Shown: positions 10,111-20,327 of the stretch, in pieces
Numbering within the stretch: position 1 is the stretch's first letter
Layout: every line of letters begins with the position of its first letter
Virus record (IMG/VR): IMGVR_UViG_3300035210_000191
Direction: 5' to 3' (one strand)
DNA from: an uncultured virus (IMG/VR IMGVR_UViG_3300035210_000191)
Taxonomy: Duplodnaviria > Heunggongvirae > Uroviricota > Caudoviricetes
DNA: 64,000 nucleotides
Notes under the pieces: model-generated
What the model was told of the DNA's origin: nothing
Seen by the model: only the letters and a program-made list of their open reading frames with translations
Databases searched by the model: none
Made by a program: the position numbers and the translations under genes

Positions 10111-10902
10111 GTGAGAGAGAATATGCCAGAAGCTATTGAAGATGATTACTTATCTAGAATTGAATTTCATTATGTTGATAACTATCTGATCAATAAAGAA
10201 AACTGTGAAGAATACAAACCGCTGGTTATGAATATTATTGAAAGTTCAAATTATTGCTTGAAGTTTGAATTGAACACTGATGAACTCAATCAGTTTTTTA
10301 GTGATCTTGGTTTTGAAGTTAATGAAATTACTTATAGATACAGTAATCACAAAGGCTGTGTACTTGAACTTGCTTCAGCGGTTGTTGATAAAAAAGAGCA
10401 GTCCTATTTTATAATAATTAGTGCATCCTTTGAAAAAGGAATCGAATATTCTTTGTCATATACCCTAAATTTCAATCCGTCAGGACTGCCACGGATGATT
10501 AAATTTGCAAAACCTAAACGATTATTAAAAGATCTTTATTTAAAAAGTATGTCCTATGAAATTGATGACACCACGTTTAAAATCGACCAAATTTGGTATT
10601 TCTTGGAAGACTGCAGACCTTTGCAGAAAGGTATTAATGGCACAGTTCCTATGGTGGTTGAACGCCCCATTAAAAGCATACTTCAAGAAGATGGCACAAC
10701 TTTACACGATGTTAATATTTATGATGTGCATTATTTTGTCTTTAAATCAGGTGAACTGGAATCTATTTTACTGAGTGATATTCTTAAGACATGTGAGATC
10801 AGTGTGACTAAACTGTATGGCAGTAGCTTTACTCATTTTTTAAGAACCAATAAGATGTTTAATAAAAGAGAGCTTGATCTTATCAGAATGGCTTATATTT
10901 GA
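10111..10902 (+). CDS. Hypothetical protein, MxxI family (subfamily A)
   Basis: Ends MFNKRELDLIRMAYI. Confidence 0.8.
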   Translation: MRENMPEAIEDDYLSRIEFHYVDNYLINKENCEEYKPLVMNIIESSNYCLKFELNTDELNQFFSDLGFEVNEITYRYSNHKGCVLELASAVVDKKEQSYFIIISASFEKGIEYSLSYTLNFNPSGLPRMIKFAKPKRLLKDLYLKSMSYEIDDTTFKIDQIWYFLEDCRPLQKGINGTVPMVVERPIKSILQEDGTTLHDVNIYDVHYFVFKSGELESILLSDILKTCEISVTKLYGSSFTHFLRTNKMFNKRELDLIRMAYI

Positions 10903-10906
10903 ATAC

Positions 10907-10935
10907 AAAAAAACCACATCTATATGTGGTTTTTT
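10907..10935. terminator. Bidirectional intrinsic terminator
   Basis: A-tract-CCACAT-loop-ATGTGG-T-tract. Confidence 0.75.
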
Positions 10936-10948
10936 ATTCGTAGTGTTA

Positions 10949-11401
10949 TCAAGGTTTGTTTTTAATTGGTTTCACTTTTACTTCTGGCGTCTCTGGCTTA
11001 GGTGCATGAATTTCTTGATATTTTTTAGCCACTGGATAAATATCGCTTAGGTCTGTTTCTCCAAGAAAATCTTCTTTAAAATACTGCGAATCAAAATAAC
11101 GATCAATGTCTTCATTGTAATACAATTCATAGTTACAAATATGTTTTTCAACAAGATCATAAAACTTATCAGGATTGTCAATATTTTCAGTCAATAAAGA
11201 CGTTTTTAATTCCTTGACAAACTCATCAAAGGCTTCATCACCCTTTTCAAAAGGTGGAAAGTCATCTGCTGACATTGTGTCATAACTCCATGCCGCCCAT
11301 ACTCTTGTGCAGGAATAAATATTGCTAAATGCTTTTCCGATTTCTTTGTCCAATGCTTCATTGGTTTCAAGTTTTGCTTTAATTTCTTCTAATACACTCA
11401 T
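10949..11401 (-). CDS. Hypothetical protein with Lys/Pro-rich tail
   Basis: Likely start MSVLEEIK; ends PKPETPEVKVKPIKNKP. Confidence 0.7.
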   Translation of the reverse strand: MSVLEEIKAKLETNEALDKEIGKAFSNIYSCTRVWAAWSYDTMSADDFPPFEKGDEAFDEFVKELKTSLLTENIDNPDKFYDLVEKHICNYELYYNEDIDRYFDSQYFKEDFLGETDLSDIYPVAKKYQEIHAPKPETPEVKVKPIKNKP

Positions 11402-11523
11402 TTTTGTAACCTTTTTTGTTTGATTATTTCTTATTATATCATTTATTTCTAAAAAAAACATTGCGATTTTTATATTTTTTTGTTAATATCTTTATACAAA
11501 ATATGCAATAAGTAGAGGTAGTT

Positions 11524-11958
11524 ATGAAAAATACATCAGCAGAATGGGTAAATTTAATTCGTTACAGACTACAATGTGAAAAAGATGGTTATCCAGAGAA
11601 TTATCTTGCCATTGTTATTAATGCTATGAATGATGAATGTATTGATCCTCAGAACCCTCTTATTTTTATGGACAACGTAGGTCATGTGCTTACCATTAAA
11701 TACCTTAACACATTAACGATTAAAGCGATTAATAAGTTGTTTACTGATTATGGCTTTGCCGATGACATTAAATACTTTTTAACACTTACTGAGCCTATGG
11801 CTTTGCAGTATATAGAGGATTATCGTATTAACTATCAGCAATACAGTGTCTTTAAAACGCTGTTGAGTTTTCAGGCAATTGAAAGCATTTCAAATATTGA
11901 TAAAAAAAGATTTATTTTAACATTAAAAAGAAGCAAAAACAGTGAAGGTGTGGTATAA
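11524..11958 (+). CDS. Hypothetical protein
   Basis: GAGG RBS; 144 aa. Confidence 0.7.
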   Translation: MKNTSAEWVNLIRYRLQCEKDGYPENYLAIVINAMNDECIDPQNPLIFMDNVGHVLTIKYLNTLTIKAINKLFTDYGFADDIKYFLTLTEPMALQYIEDYRINYQQYSVFKTLLSFQAIESISNIDKKRFILTLKRSKNSEGVV

Positions 11959-11985
11959 TACTCATCTACTTTACGGAGAGTTCTA

Positions 11986-12579
11986 ATGATTTATCTATTT
12001 AAGCGAGCCAGCAGTGATTTCAATCGAGTGTTAAAGACCCTTGGCTACGAGATTGCTCAAGCTAAAAATGAATATGAAATGAAAACTCATATGTTGGAAT
12101 ACTTTTCTGAATCGTGTCTGGGTTTGGATGATATTAAACGTGATGAAGAAGTTAGATTTAAACTCAATGAAGTTTTTATGGCTCTTACGGATGGCGAAAT
12201 TGAACGAGCAAAGTCTCATATTGAGCGTCTTGAACCTGTTGTTAAAGCAATGATTCCCCATAGCCTGCTTGAACTAGTTGGCCTTGATTTTGATGGTAAG
12301 AAAGTATTTAACCATTCAAACCTTGATTTAAATGAATACGCTGAATATGCTCGACTAATTTCAGTAATTTCGCATCATTATCGTGAAGATGAGATCGATA
12401 AAGCTGAGTATTTTGAGAAGAGATTGTACGAACTAGTCAGGGTTAGCGAACTTAGTGTGGCAGTTGATGACAAAATGCCTGATGATGAACTTCTTGATAT
12501 TTGTGCTGAATACCTTAAAAAGTGTAAAGATCCAGAAGCCAAAATGATCGCTTTTCTTATCAACAAAGCCAAAGCTTAA
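11986..12579 (+). CDS. Hypothetical protein
   Basis: TGGTATAAT upstream, GGAG RBS; 197 aa. Confidence 0.75.
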   Translation: MIYLFKRASSDFNRVLKTLGYEIAQAKNEYEMKTHMLEYFSESCLGLDDIKRDEEVRFKLNEVFMALTDGEIERAKSHIERLEPVVKAMIPHSLLELVGLDFDGKKVFNHSNLDLNEYAEYARLISVISHHYREDEIDKAEYFEKRLYELVRVSELSVAVDDKMPDDELLDICAEYLKKCKDPEAKMIAFLINKAKA

Positions 12580-12594
12580 TTAGAGGATTACTTT

Positions 12595-13866
12595 ATGATG
12601 CGAAATATTGATTTGCCTAAATTCGCTGGATCTATTTCTGTGGTCTTGCAAGACATGTTTCTTGCAGGTCTTAAAAATGGCGACTTTAAGAAATTATCTG
12701 AAATCAAGAACTATAATAATAAAACAGAAACCACCTTGATTACATCAAGACCTTATGATTGTTTTCAGTATATTTTTAAACTGGATGAACTTTTCAGTGT
12801 GTATCGTATTGCACAAGAAAAAGTTGCTGAACATATGGATTACCAACGAGAACATATCATGACAGCTCTGTTAACCAGTCCAAAAGAATGGGAGCGAATG
12901 AAGAAAGATGGTTCATTTAACATGATGGCGTCTTATCAATTTCATGTGTCCAGCATTTCATTGTTGAAAAAAATGATGGTTGATCTTGATCTTAATCATT
13001 TTGACGATAAATATCATTATTTTGAAGAAGACATGGCTCTTTATAATTTTGGTTTCAAAAGTGATATTGATATTATTTTTGAGGCTTCAACTGAGTATGA
13101 AAATGAATTTGAAATGGGTAGTGATTGTTTTCATAAACATCAAATAGGTTCAAAAGAAGTTGTTTCCTATACCAGTACATCAGCGTGTGTGACTAAATTC
13201 ATTCTGTATGAACGTGATGTGAATACTGGCACTATTCGTGTTTTTGAAGAGCTTGAAGAAAATGTCGATGGTGAACAGTTTCCGCACGACACAATTGTTA
13301 TTGGTGAATATCCAGAAATTGTAAAACATTACATTGATAACGCTGAACCTTGTGTTGTCATTGAAAATGGTGTTTTTATTAAAAATGAAAACCCCTATGT
13401 TATTCTTACGTCTTCTTTTATTGGAGAGAGCTTGGCACAGGAGTTCTCGATTGAGAAAACTAAACCTTATGATGTTACCAGTTTAGCGTCTGTTATGGAA
13501 TATATGACTTATGACAACATTAACTTGTTGTATACTTATGGCATGTGGTCAAGTGATTGCAAATGGAAGAAAAATTCCTCTGGTAAGTATTACATTGCTT
13601 TTAATGAAGAGCTACTAAGCACTTATAAACGTGAAACTGCAATGGTTCATGGTAGTAACGAATATGGATATATCAGTGTGTATAGTTATAAAAGTCCCAT
13701 GTATAAACTACCAGAAACAGGTGAAATTGAACCTGAATGGTTAGATTTGGTGGTGAAATCCTATACATTTGTTTCTAAAAACCATAAGAAACTGCCAGTG
13801 TGTGAGGCCAAAGAAAAAGACATTCAACAAGTAGCAGAAAAACTATTGGCAAGAAATTGCATTTAA
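12595..13866 (+). CDS. Hypothetical protein
   Basis: 423 aa ORF with GAGG RBS, followed by a terminator hairpin at about 13872-13895. Confidence 0.75.
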   Translation: MMRNIDLPKFAGSISVVLQDMFLAGLKNGDFKKLSEIKNYNNKTETTLITSRPYDCFQYIFKLDELFSVYRIAQEKVAEHMDYQREHIMTALLTSPKEWERMKKDGSFNMMASYQFHVSSISLLKKMMVDLDLNHFDDKYHYFEEDMALYNFGFKSDIDIIFEASTEYENEFEMGSDCFHKHQIGSKEVVSYTSTSACVTKFILYERDVNTGTIRVFEELEENVDGEQFPHDTIVIGEYPEIVKHYIDNAEPCVVIENGVFIKNENPYVILTSSFIGESLAQEFSIEKTKPYDVTSLASVMEYMTYDNINLLYTYGMWSSDCKWKKNSSGKYYIAFNEELLSTYKRETAMVHGSNEYGYISVYSYKSPMYKLPETGEIEPEWLDLVVKSYTFVSKNHKKLPVCEAKEKDIQQVAEKLLARNCI

Positions 13867-13980
13867 ATTAGAAGGCTAAGCGATTAGCCTTTTTTATTGT
13901 CTACGAAGTCATTTTTTTAAATAAAAGATGACTTTTTTCATTTATTTTGATACAATACACAAAATTATAGAGGGCTAGTT

Positions 13981-14799
13981 ATGATTGAACTGATGGCTAA
14001 ACATTATAAATCTGGTTTTGATGATCAGGACATTAAACCTTTCATGAAATCCTGCCTGAAAATGGTAGATAATGGCTTAGTTGTTCATAACTTGCCCAAA
14101 GTGACGAGAGATGGCATTGATTTACAAGTTGGCTTTAATAAGGCATATACTGCTTTGATTGATAACATGGAGTATGAAGCCCCATTCAGTCAGGAACAGA
14201 TGTTCGAAATTTGTACTAATCTTTTCACAGTGATGTTTGAATATCGACTATTCACATCAGGTACTGGGTTTGAAAGCCGGTTTAAGACACCACAACGGAT
14301 GAGCAGTAAGCTATCCAGCTTCTGGTATGATAAGCGATTTAATCGCATGACAGTACCAGCAGAAATCTATGATGATCACGGTGATTACCGCACAAACAGC
14401 ACTATTCCAGTGTCGTTGACCTATGATATTATTTTTAATGAATACATTGCAGGCATTCAACATACCTTTCATACGCCAACCAAATTCAGTTCAGCAATGA
14501 TGGGGCAGAAGAACCATCAAGAATTGATTATTAATTTTAGAAAACTGGCTAACGTTTTTTATTACAATGTGAAAATTATTAGTCTTGATGACTTGGATAA
14601 AGAAAATGTTCTTTTTCAAACATTCAAGACATTTGAAAAATTCGATGACTTCTTAGCCGAGTTGACGTATGTGATTAAACGTGAGCTGTTTAACATTAAC
14701 TATAAAGCTCGTTTTGAAGCCTTCACTGGCACCACTATTGATTTTGAGAGCTTTGATGTCGAATCAATTAATACACTTTTCGATATGATGAAAATTTAA
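13981..14799 (+). CDS. Hypothetical protein, MxxI family
   Basis: Ends FDVESINTLFDMMKI. Confidence 0.8.
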   Translation: MIELMAKHYKSGFDDQDIKPFMKSCLKMVDNGLVVHNLPKVTRDGIDLQVGFNKAYTALIDNMEYEAPFSQEQMFEICTNLFTVMFEYRLFTSGTGFESRFKTPQRMSSKLSSFWYDKRFNRMTVPAEIYDDHGDYRTNSTIPVSLTYDIIFNEYIAGIQHTFHTPTKFSSAMMGQKNHQELIINFRKLANVFYYNVKIISLDDLDKENVLFQTFKTFEKFDDFLAELTYVIKRELFNINYKARFEAFTGTTIDFESFDVESINTLFDMMKI

Positions 14800-14829
14800 C
14801 AAAAAATCACCTTCAAAGCCTTAATTTAC

Positions 14830-14858
14830 TTGATCTAGGCCATTTAAAATGGTATAAT
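14830..14858 (+). promoter_or_regulatory. sigma70-like promoter of ligA
   Basis: TTGATC-17 nt-TATAAT with TG extension. Confidence 0.7.
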
Positions 14859-14884
14859 ATATGAAATCAAACGGAGCTTAATAC

Positions 14885-16759
14885 ATGAATATCAATGACA
14901 TCAAATACCCAACAACCGAAGCTGCTTTCATTGAGCTGCTTGAAGATTATAACGATTGCTACCGTAAATCGTTGCCAAAGACTGCCTTGTTTGGTCTTGA
15001 TCCAATTGCCGATGAAAATTATGACGCTGTTGTTGAAGATTTTCGTGCTAAATTCCCTGAATCAACATGGTTTGATGAAATTGAATTGGAAGAAGTGGGC
15101 GAAAACGCTATTACTCACTCTTCTCCTATGCTGTCAACCGAAAAATTCTATACTTCCGAAGCGTTGGCTAAATGGTTTAAACGTGTTGAAGACGTAGCTC
15201 ACGATCTTCATGTGAAATCCATGTATAAAGTTACTTGCAAACTTGATGGTTTTGCGGGTTGCCATGAAACAGAAAAACTGTCCACTCGTGGTGATGGCAT
15301 TCGTGGTAACGACATTACTTACATCTACGATAAAGGTGTTATTCGTAAAGAAAATGCCGAAGGCCGTGGCGAGTTGGTGATTGATAAAACTTATTTTGCA
15401 GAAAACCTTGCTTCGATGTTCCCACATCCACGTAACATGATGAGCAGCGTTTTGTCTCAGGAAGACACACGCCCTGAAACTCAGAAGGCTTTGGATGACG
15501 GTGCGATTCACTTTGTTCCTTATACCACTTTGCAGGCTTATGTTGGCACGGCTGATGACATTCTTGCTAACCTTGAACAAATCAACAACGATTTGCGTGC
15601 TGCGATTCCTTACTTGATTGACGGTTTCGTGATTGAATCCATTGTTCCAGAAATTAAGGAATACATGGGCTACAACAACCATCACAACAAATGGCAGTGT
15701 GCGTTTAAAGAACGTGGTGAAACTGCACAAACTACCGTGCTTGATGTCAAACTTCAAGTCGGTCGCACGGGCACTATCACGCCGGTTCTTGCTGTGGCTC
15801 CTGTGCTTGTGTCGGGTGCAACCATCAGTAACGTAACCGCTCACCACATGAACAACGTTCGCACGAACAAAATGGGTGTAGGTGCTGTCATTGAAATCAT
15901 TCGTAGTGGTGAAGTAATCCCTAAAATTGAAAAAGTGATTACCCAAGCTGAATACGAGGTTCCAACGAACTGCCCTTGCTGTAACACTGTGCTTGAATGG
16001 GAAAGTCACTTCCTTTTCTGCCCTAACCATTCCGGTTGTTCGGAACAAATTAGCCAGACCTTGTTGCACTTCTTTGCAACATTGGCTAACAACGATGGTT
16101 TTGGTGGCAAAACAGTCGCTAAGTTGGTTGAAGCAGGTTTCGACACCTTGGAAAAGATTTACGCCATGAAAGAGCAAGATTTCTTGACCGCAGGTTTTGG
16201 TAAAGGTGAAAGCCCTAACTTGGTCGCCGCTCTTGAAACCAGTAAATCAAGTCAAATTGAAGACTGGCGTTTCCTTGCAGCCTTCGGTATTTCAAGTCTT
16301 GGTAAAGGTGACTCTAAAAAGTTGCTTAAAGTCTTCAATATCGACGCATTGCATGAAGTCGAAGAAGGTAAGTTGATTAAGATGAAAGGTTACGGCAAAG
16401 TGAACAGCGTTATCATTCCAGCCGGTATTCAAGAAAAACTTGAATTGATTAACACCTTGCGTCCTTTGTTCAACCTTGAATTGTCTTCACAAGCAGTTGT
16501 TGACAACGATAGTCCATTCTCTGGTAAGAACGTGGTGGTAACTGGCACAATGGTTAGCTATTCACGTAAAGAGATTGAAGCGTTCTTCACATCGAAAGGT
16601 GCGAAGATTCAAAGCAAAGCAAGCAAGACAACACAAATTCTTGTTTATGGTGAAAGTGCTGGTAGTAAACTCGCTGACGCCCAAGCCTTGAAAGCGAAAG
16701 GTGTTGATATTGAAATCTTGACCGAAGCTGAATTTGTTGCAAAATACATTTCAGTTTAA
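14885..16759 (+). CDS. ligA: NAD-dependent DNA ligase
   Basis: HSSPMLS, KLDG adenylation motif, STRGDG, RGE, IDGFV, QVGRTG, IRSGEVIP, CPCC...C...C zinc finger, HhH repeats, C-terminal BRCT (VVTGT...GSKL). Confidence 0.96.
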   Translation: MNINDIKYPTTEAAFIELLEDYNDCYRKSLPKTALFGLDPIADENYDAVVEDFRAKFPESTWFDEIELEEVGENAITHSSPMLSTEKFYTSEALAKWFKRVEDVAHDLHVKSMYKVTCKLDGFAGCHETEKLSTRGDGIRGNDITYIYDKGVIRKENAEGRGELVIDKTYFAENLASMFPHPRNMMSSVLSQEDTRPETQKALDDGAIHFVPYTTLQAYVGTADDILANLEQINNDLRAAIPYLIDGFVIESIVPEIKEYMGYNNHHNKWQCAFKERGETAQTTVLDVKLQVGRTGTITPVLAVAPVLVSGATISNVTAHHMNNVRTNKMGVGAVIEIIRSGEVIPKIEKVITQAEYEVPTNCPCCNTVLEWESHFLFCPNHSGCSEQISQTLLHFFATLANNDGFGGKTVAKLVEAGFDTLEKIYAMKEQDFLTAGFGKGESPNLVAALETSKSSQIEDWRFLAAFGISSLGKGDSKKLLKVFNIDALHEVEEGKLIKMKGYGKVNSVIIPAGIQEKLELINTLRPLFNLELSSQAVVDNDSPFSGKNVVVTGTMVSYSRKEIEAFFTSKGAKIQSKASKTTQILVYGESAGSKLADAQALKAKGVDIEILTEAEFVAKYISV

Positions 16760-16777
16760 TTCACACAGCTAGCAGAT

Positions 16778-16800
16778 AAAGCCTCTTCGGAGGCTTTTTT
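16778..16800 (+). terminator. Intrinsic terminator
   Basis: AAAGCCTC-TTCG-GAGGCTTTTTT. Confidence 0.85.
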
Positions 16801-16852
16801 GTTGCTTATACATTTAAGACATGCTATAATCGTCCTATTATTGGGGGATGTT

Positions 16853-17716
16853 ATGCAATCTATTATAAACAGTCTACGGCCAGAAGAAATTGTTGCTAAT
16901 CACATACATCAAGCACTCAGTGCTCATGTCGCTATCAACATGCCCTCAGAAGGCGGAAGTGTTCCCGGCACTTTTGGACAGTTTGAATTTAAAATCACTC
17001 ATACAGACAGTCACTTTAATGTTTTTATTCATAAAAACCGTGCAATTTTCAAAGTCGATCACTTTGTAAAAGAAGATCGTAATGAGTTTGAACACACTTT
17101 TTGCAAAGCCTTTAACATCAAAAGAGAAACTGTCGATAATGTGTTAAAAGCCTATCTTGACGTTGCTAAAAATATGTCTTCATCTGGCATATTGTCGATT
17201 GTTCAGAATGATTTTGAACCAGTAGCTTCAAATCCAGTGGCCTATATTTCTTTTAAATCTAAATATGCCCAAGATGATGTATGTTGCCGGTGTAATATTG
17301 CCCAATTAAAATTCAATCAGGCTTACAAAAAAAACAAAAGATACAGCCATATAAAGGTTTCTTTGATTAAAAGTCAACTTCATTTTTATATTGATCAACA
17401 CAACAACCTTAAACCCATATTTATTGTAGATACTTGGTTTGACCAAGACTATGCGGCCAGTTTTATTGTGGATGTTTATGCTGATGCTGTGTATACAACT
17501 CGACAAGTGTTTGCGGCTCGTTCTTATGAAGACCTTATTTCGATGTCTCGACCTATTAATAAAGACCAATTGCTTGAAATCATGGAAGCACAATTTATCA
17601 GTAGGCTTCTCCCTGTCATTAAGCAACGTTACGGCTTAAAAAAAGATCAGATTGATTTGGCTAATACTGAAATGCGAGATCGTTACCTTTCTTTATTGAT
17701 GATGGAGTCCATATGA
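16853..17716 (+). CDS. Hypothetical protein, MxxI family
   Basis: TGCTATAAT upstream; ends EMRDRYLSLLMMESI. Confidence 0.8.
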   Translation: MQSIINSLRPEEIVANHIHQALSAHVAINMPSEGGSVPGTFGQFEFKITHTDSHFNVFIHKNRAIFKVDHFVKEDRNEFEHTFCKAFNIKRETVDNVLKAYLDVAKNMSSSGILSIVQNDFEPVASNPVAYISFKSKYAQDDVCCRCNIAQLKFNQAYKKNKRYSHIKVSLIKSQLHFYIDQHNNLKPIFIVDTWFDQDYAASFIVDVYADAVYTTRQVFAARSYEDLISMSRPINKDQLLEIMEAQFISRLLPVIKQRYGLKKDQIDLANTEMRDRYLSLLMMESI

Positions 17717-18333
17717 GCCAAGATTTTTACCAACATAAAGACTACCCTAAAATCTCAAAAGAATACACACTTGATGATATTAGAAAATTTATAGACACTA
17801 TTACATTTACTAAAGACGATAAGGTTTATACCACTGATGAAGTGATGGATAACGTTACCACCTATAATAACTATTGTGACTACAGTAAAATTTCGGTTGA
17901 TTGTTTCACTATTTTTTGGCAACTTGAAAGCTGTGAACGTAAGCTAACTCAATTAGCAGCCGCACATTGCACACGGAATAATGATGGTGATATCCATTTT
18001 CCTATTTTGGATAAAATTTACCAAATTGCTAATAGTCTGAATGTTCAAGATGACCCATTCGATGATTATGAAGAAGCTTTTTATTTTGATAAAAATGGAT
18101 TGCTTAAAGTGGCTAGGACACTTAGATTAACGGACTCTTGTAACGAAGACGATGATGGTGTTGAAATTATTATGTATGAAGGCATGGATGATACGCTTTA
18201 CTATGACATGATTGAGGAATTCTTTAATAGAGCCTATATTCGTTATATGTCTGATTTACCCGATGAACTTAGAAAACCTATTACTCAGATGACACCAGAG
18301 GAATATAAAGTATTTTTGATGTATGTGATTTGA
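17713..18333 (+). CDS. Hypothetical protein, MxxI family (subfamily B)
   Basis: ATGA overlap; ends PDELRKPITQMTPEEYKVFLMYVI. Confidence 0.8.
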   Translation: MSQDFYQHKDYPKISKEYTLDDIRKFIDTITFTKDDKVYTTDEVMDNVTTYNNYCDYSKISVDCFTIFWQLESCERKLTQLAAAHCTRNNDGDIHFPILDKIYQIANSLNVQDDPFDDYEEAFYFDKNGLLKVARTLRLTDSCNEDDDGVEIIMYEGMDDTLYYDMIEEFFNRAYIRYMSDLPDELRKPITQMTPEEYKVFLMYVI

Positions 18334-18348
18334 TTCTAGGAGTTTTTT

Positions 18349-18915
18349 ATGACGATTGAAACCTATAAGTTTACTGATGAGACTGTCTTTGAAGCTCTTC
18401 AAACTTTTTGTTTGATTAATTCTATTAAAAAGGAAGAGTTTTGTGCAGCACTTCCAGAGATTATGACTCGTGAAATTATTTTTGATAATCAAACTATTTC
18501 GATGGGTCATTGTTTCAAAATCAAATGGAACCATCCTTTTTGTGAACCATTGGCTGAATATTTAGACCATCGTTATACGTTTGAGAGCCGTCTTGAAAAA
18601 ACACTGGGTTTTTATGATGACTTTTTTAATAAGTATCCAAGAAAAGACTGTTATTATGTTAATGGTCATTATGCTTTTGATATGGATCAAAGACTGAGAA
18701 AAGTTTATTCATTTGACTTTACTGACATTGAGTTGGGCAATGATTATATGCGGTTTCTTGAATTTGATGACACTAATTTAATCTCATTGGAAACTAGAAT
18801 TTTCGATTACTATTTTCAGTATTTTGGTAATACCAATACCCCAGAAGAGTTAAGAAGACCATTAAGTCAATTAACAAAAGAAGAGATATCGTTACTTCAA
18901 ATGATTCATATCTAA
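18349..18915 (+). CDS. Hypothetical protein, MxxI family (subfamily B)
   Basis: Ends PEELRRPLSQLTKEEISLLQMIHI. Confidence 0.8.
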   Translation: MTIETYKFTDETVFEALQTFCLINSIKKEEFCAALPEIMTREIIFDNQTISMGHCFKIKWNHPFCEPLAEYLDHRYTFESRLEKTLGFYDDFFNKYPRKDCYYVNGHYAFDMDQRLRKVYSFDFTDIELGNDYMRFLEFDDTNLISLETRIFDYYFQYFGNTNTPEELRRPLSQLTKEEISLLQMIHI

Positions 18916-18981
18916 ATAGATTGTATAGATTTTTTGTTGTTATAATGATATAATGTCTTATCTATTTTAAAGGTGATATTG

Positions 18982-19542
18982 ATGATTGAAACCAGAGAGT
19001 TTTCCTATGACACAATTTATGAACAGGCCCAAGATTTTTTTATTTCGAGAGGAATTACTAAAAAAAGTTTTAGAATGACCCGGCCAAATCTTGTTCATGA
19101 ACACAATCTAGTTGATCATCTCACACTGGACGAAGGGCATGCCTTTGGCATTAACTCAAACCATCGCCATTGGTGTGATTTTTTAAATTACCTTGAAGAA
19201 AAATATTCATTTGAGTCAAAATTATATAACATCATTAAAGACTATGATGAATTTTTCAATCTTGAAAAAAATGATGAGTGTTATAATGAATATGCTTATT
19301 ATTTTATCAATTCATCTGGGCATATTCAAAAGGTTCATCTCTTTGAATTTAACGAGCTTGAATATGGTGATTATCACATGTCTCTTTTTGAAGTAAATGA
19401 TAGCAATATTGAAGAAATGGAAAGGAAAGTGTTAGATTATTACATTAGTTATTTTGGTAAACCGATTCCAGAAGAATTGATCAAACCCTTAGCAATCATG
19501 ACACCAGAAGAACGTGAAGTCATTCGCATGATTTGCATTTAA
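18982..19542 (+). CDS. Hypothetical protein, MxxI family (subfamily B)
   Basis: Ends PEELIKPLAIMTPEEREVIRMICI. Confidence 0.8.
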   Translation: MIETREFSYDTIYEQAQDFFISRGITKKSFRMTRPNLVHEHNLVDHLTLDEGHAFGINSNHRHWCDFLNYLEEKYSFESKLYNIIKDYDEFFNLEKNDECYNEYAYYFINSSGHIQKVHLFEFNELEYGDYHMSLFEVNDSNIEEMERKVLDYYISYFGKPIPEELIKPLAIMTPEEREVIRMICI

Positions 19543-19611
19543 TTGTTGTAAAAACGTCTGCGTTTTGCTATAATATGGCCTTAACATTAACCACTTGGAG
19601 TTTTAAAAGAA

Positions 19612-20262
19612 ATGAAAACATCTACGGCTTATGCTTCGGAAAATACAATCTCTACCCGATTGTATAATTTTATCATTGGTGCTGTATTGCTGTATGGTTT
19701 TTTGATGAACGTTTTTATCGTTAAAACCGTTCCAGTAGCCAGTCTGTTGTCCATCAATATTTGGGTTTTCTTGATTGGTTATTTTGCAAGCTGCTTGTTT
19801 GGTATTTATTTGTTTACTAAATCTGATAACGCTCTTGTCAGTTTTATCGGGTTTAACTTTGTGGCAGTGCCATTTGGTTTGATTGTGAATATGGTCACTT
19901 CACAGTATTCACCTGAGCTGGTTATCAATGCCATGCAGGTTACAACAGTGGTTACGTGTATCATGATGGTGTTGGGCACTGCCTATCCTAAGTTCTTTGA
20001 AAGTATTGCATCAGGTCTGTTTTGGGGTTTGCTGGCATCTATCATTGCTGAATTGATTTTGACCTTTGTGTTTAAAATGGACTTGGGCATTATGGATTGG
20101 ATTATTGCCGCTATCTTCTGTGGTTACATCGGTTATGATTGGGGTAAGGCTTCTGCACTCCCTAAAACAGTCGATAACGCCGTAGACTCAGCAGCCGCTC
20201 TGTATATGGATATTATCAACCTGTTCTTGCGAATCCTCAGTATTATGGGCAAGAAAGACTGA
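19612..20262 (+). CDS. Bax inhibitor-1/YccA-family membrane protein
   Basis: About 7 TM segments; YIGYD and AAALYMDIINLFLRILSI C-terminal signature. Confidence 0.88.
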   Translation: MKTSTAYASENTISTRLYNFIIGAVLLYGFLMNVFIVKTVPVASLLSINIWVFLIGYFASCLFGIYLFTKSDNALVSFIGFNFVAVPFGLIVNMVTSQYSPELVINAMQVTTVVTCIMMVLGTAYPKFFESIASGLFWGLLASIIAELILTFVFKMDLGIMDWIIAAIFCGYIGYDWGKASALPKTVDNAVDSAAALYMDIINLFLRILSIMGKKD

Positions 20263-20327
20263 TAAAATGAGTAATGTTTACGGATGGCTTCGGCCATCCG
20301 TTTTTATATCTAATGGAGTAATTTTTG

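Noticed and set aside
12595..13866. Membership of the 423-aa ORF (ending LARNCI) in the MxxI family
   Set aside because: It has Arg rather than Met at -4 and a different size, so it was not counted.
15134..16177. 347-aa antisense ORF inside ligA
   Set aside because: Shadow ORF on the opposite strand of a well-supported gene, explained by codon bias. The same applies to other antisense ORFs such as 28348-28848 and 49752-50339.
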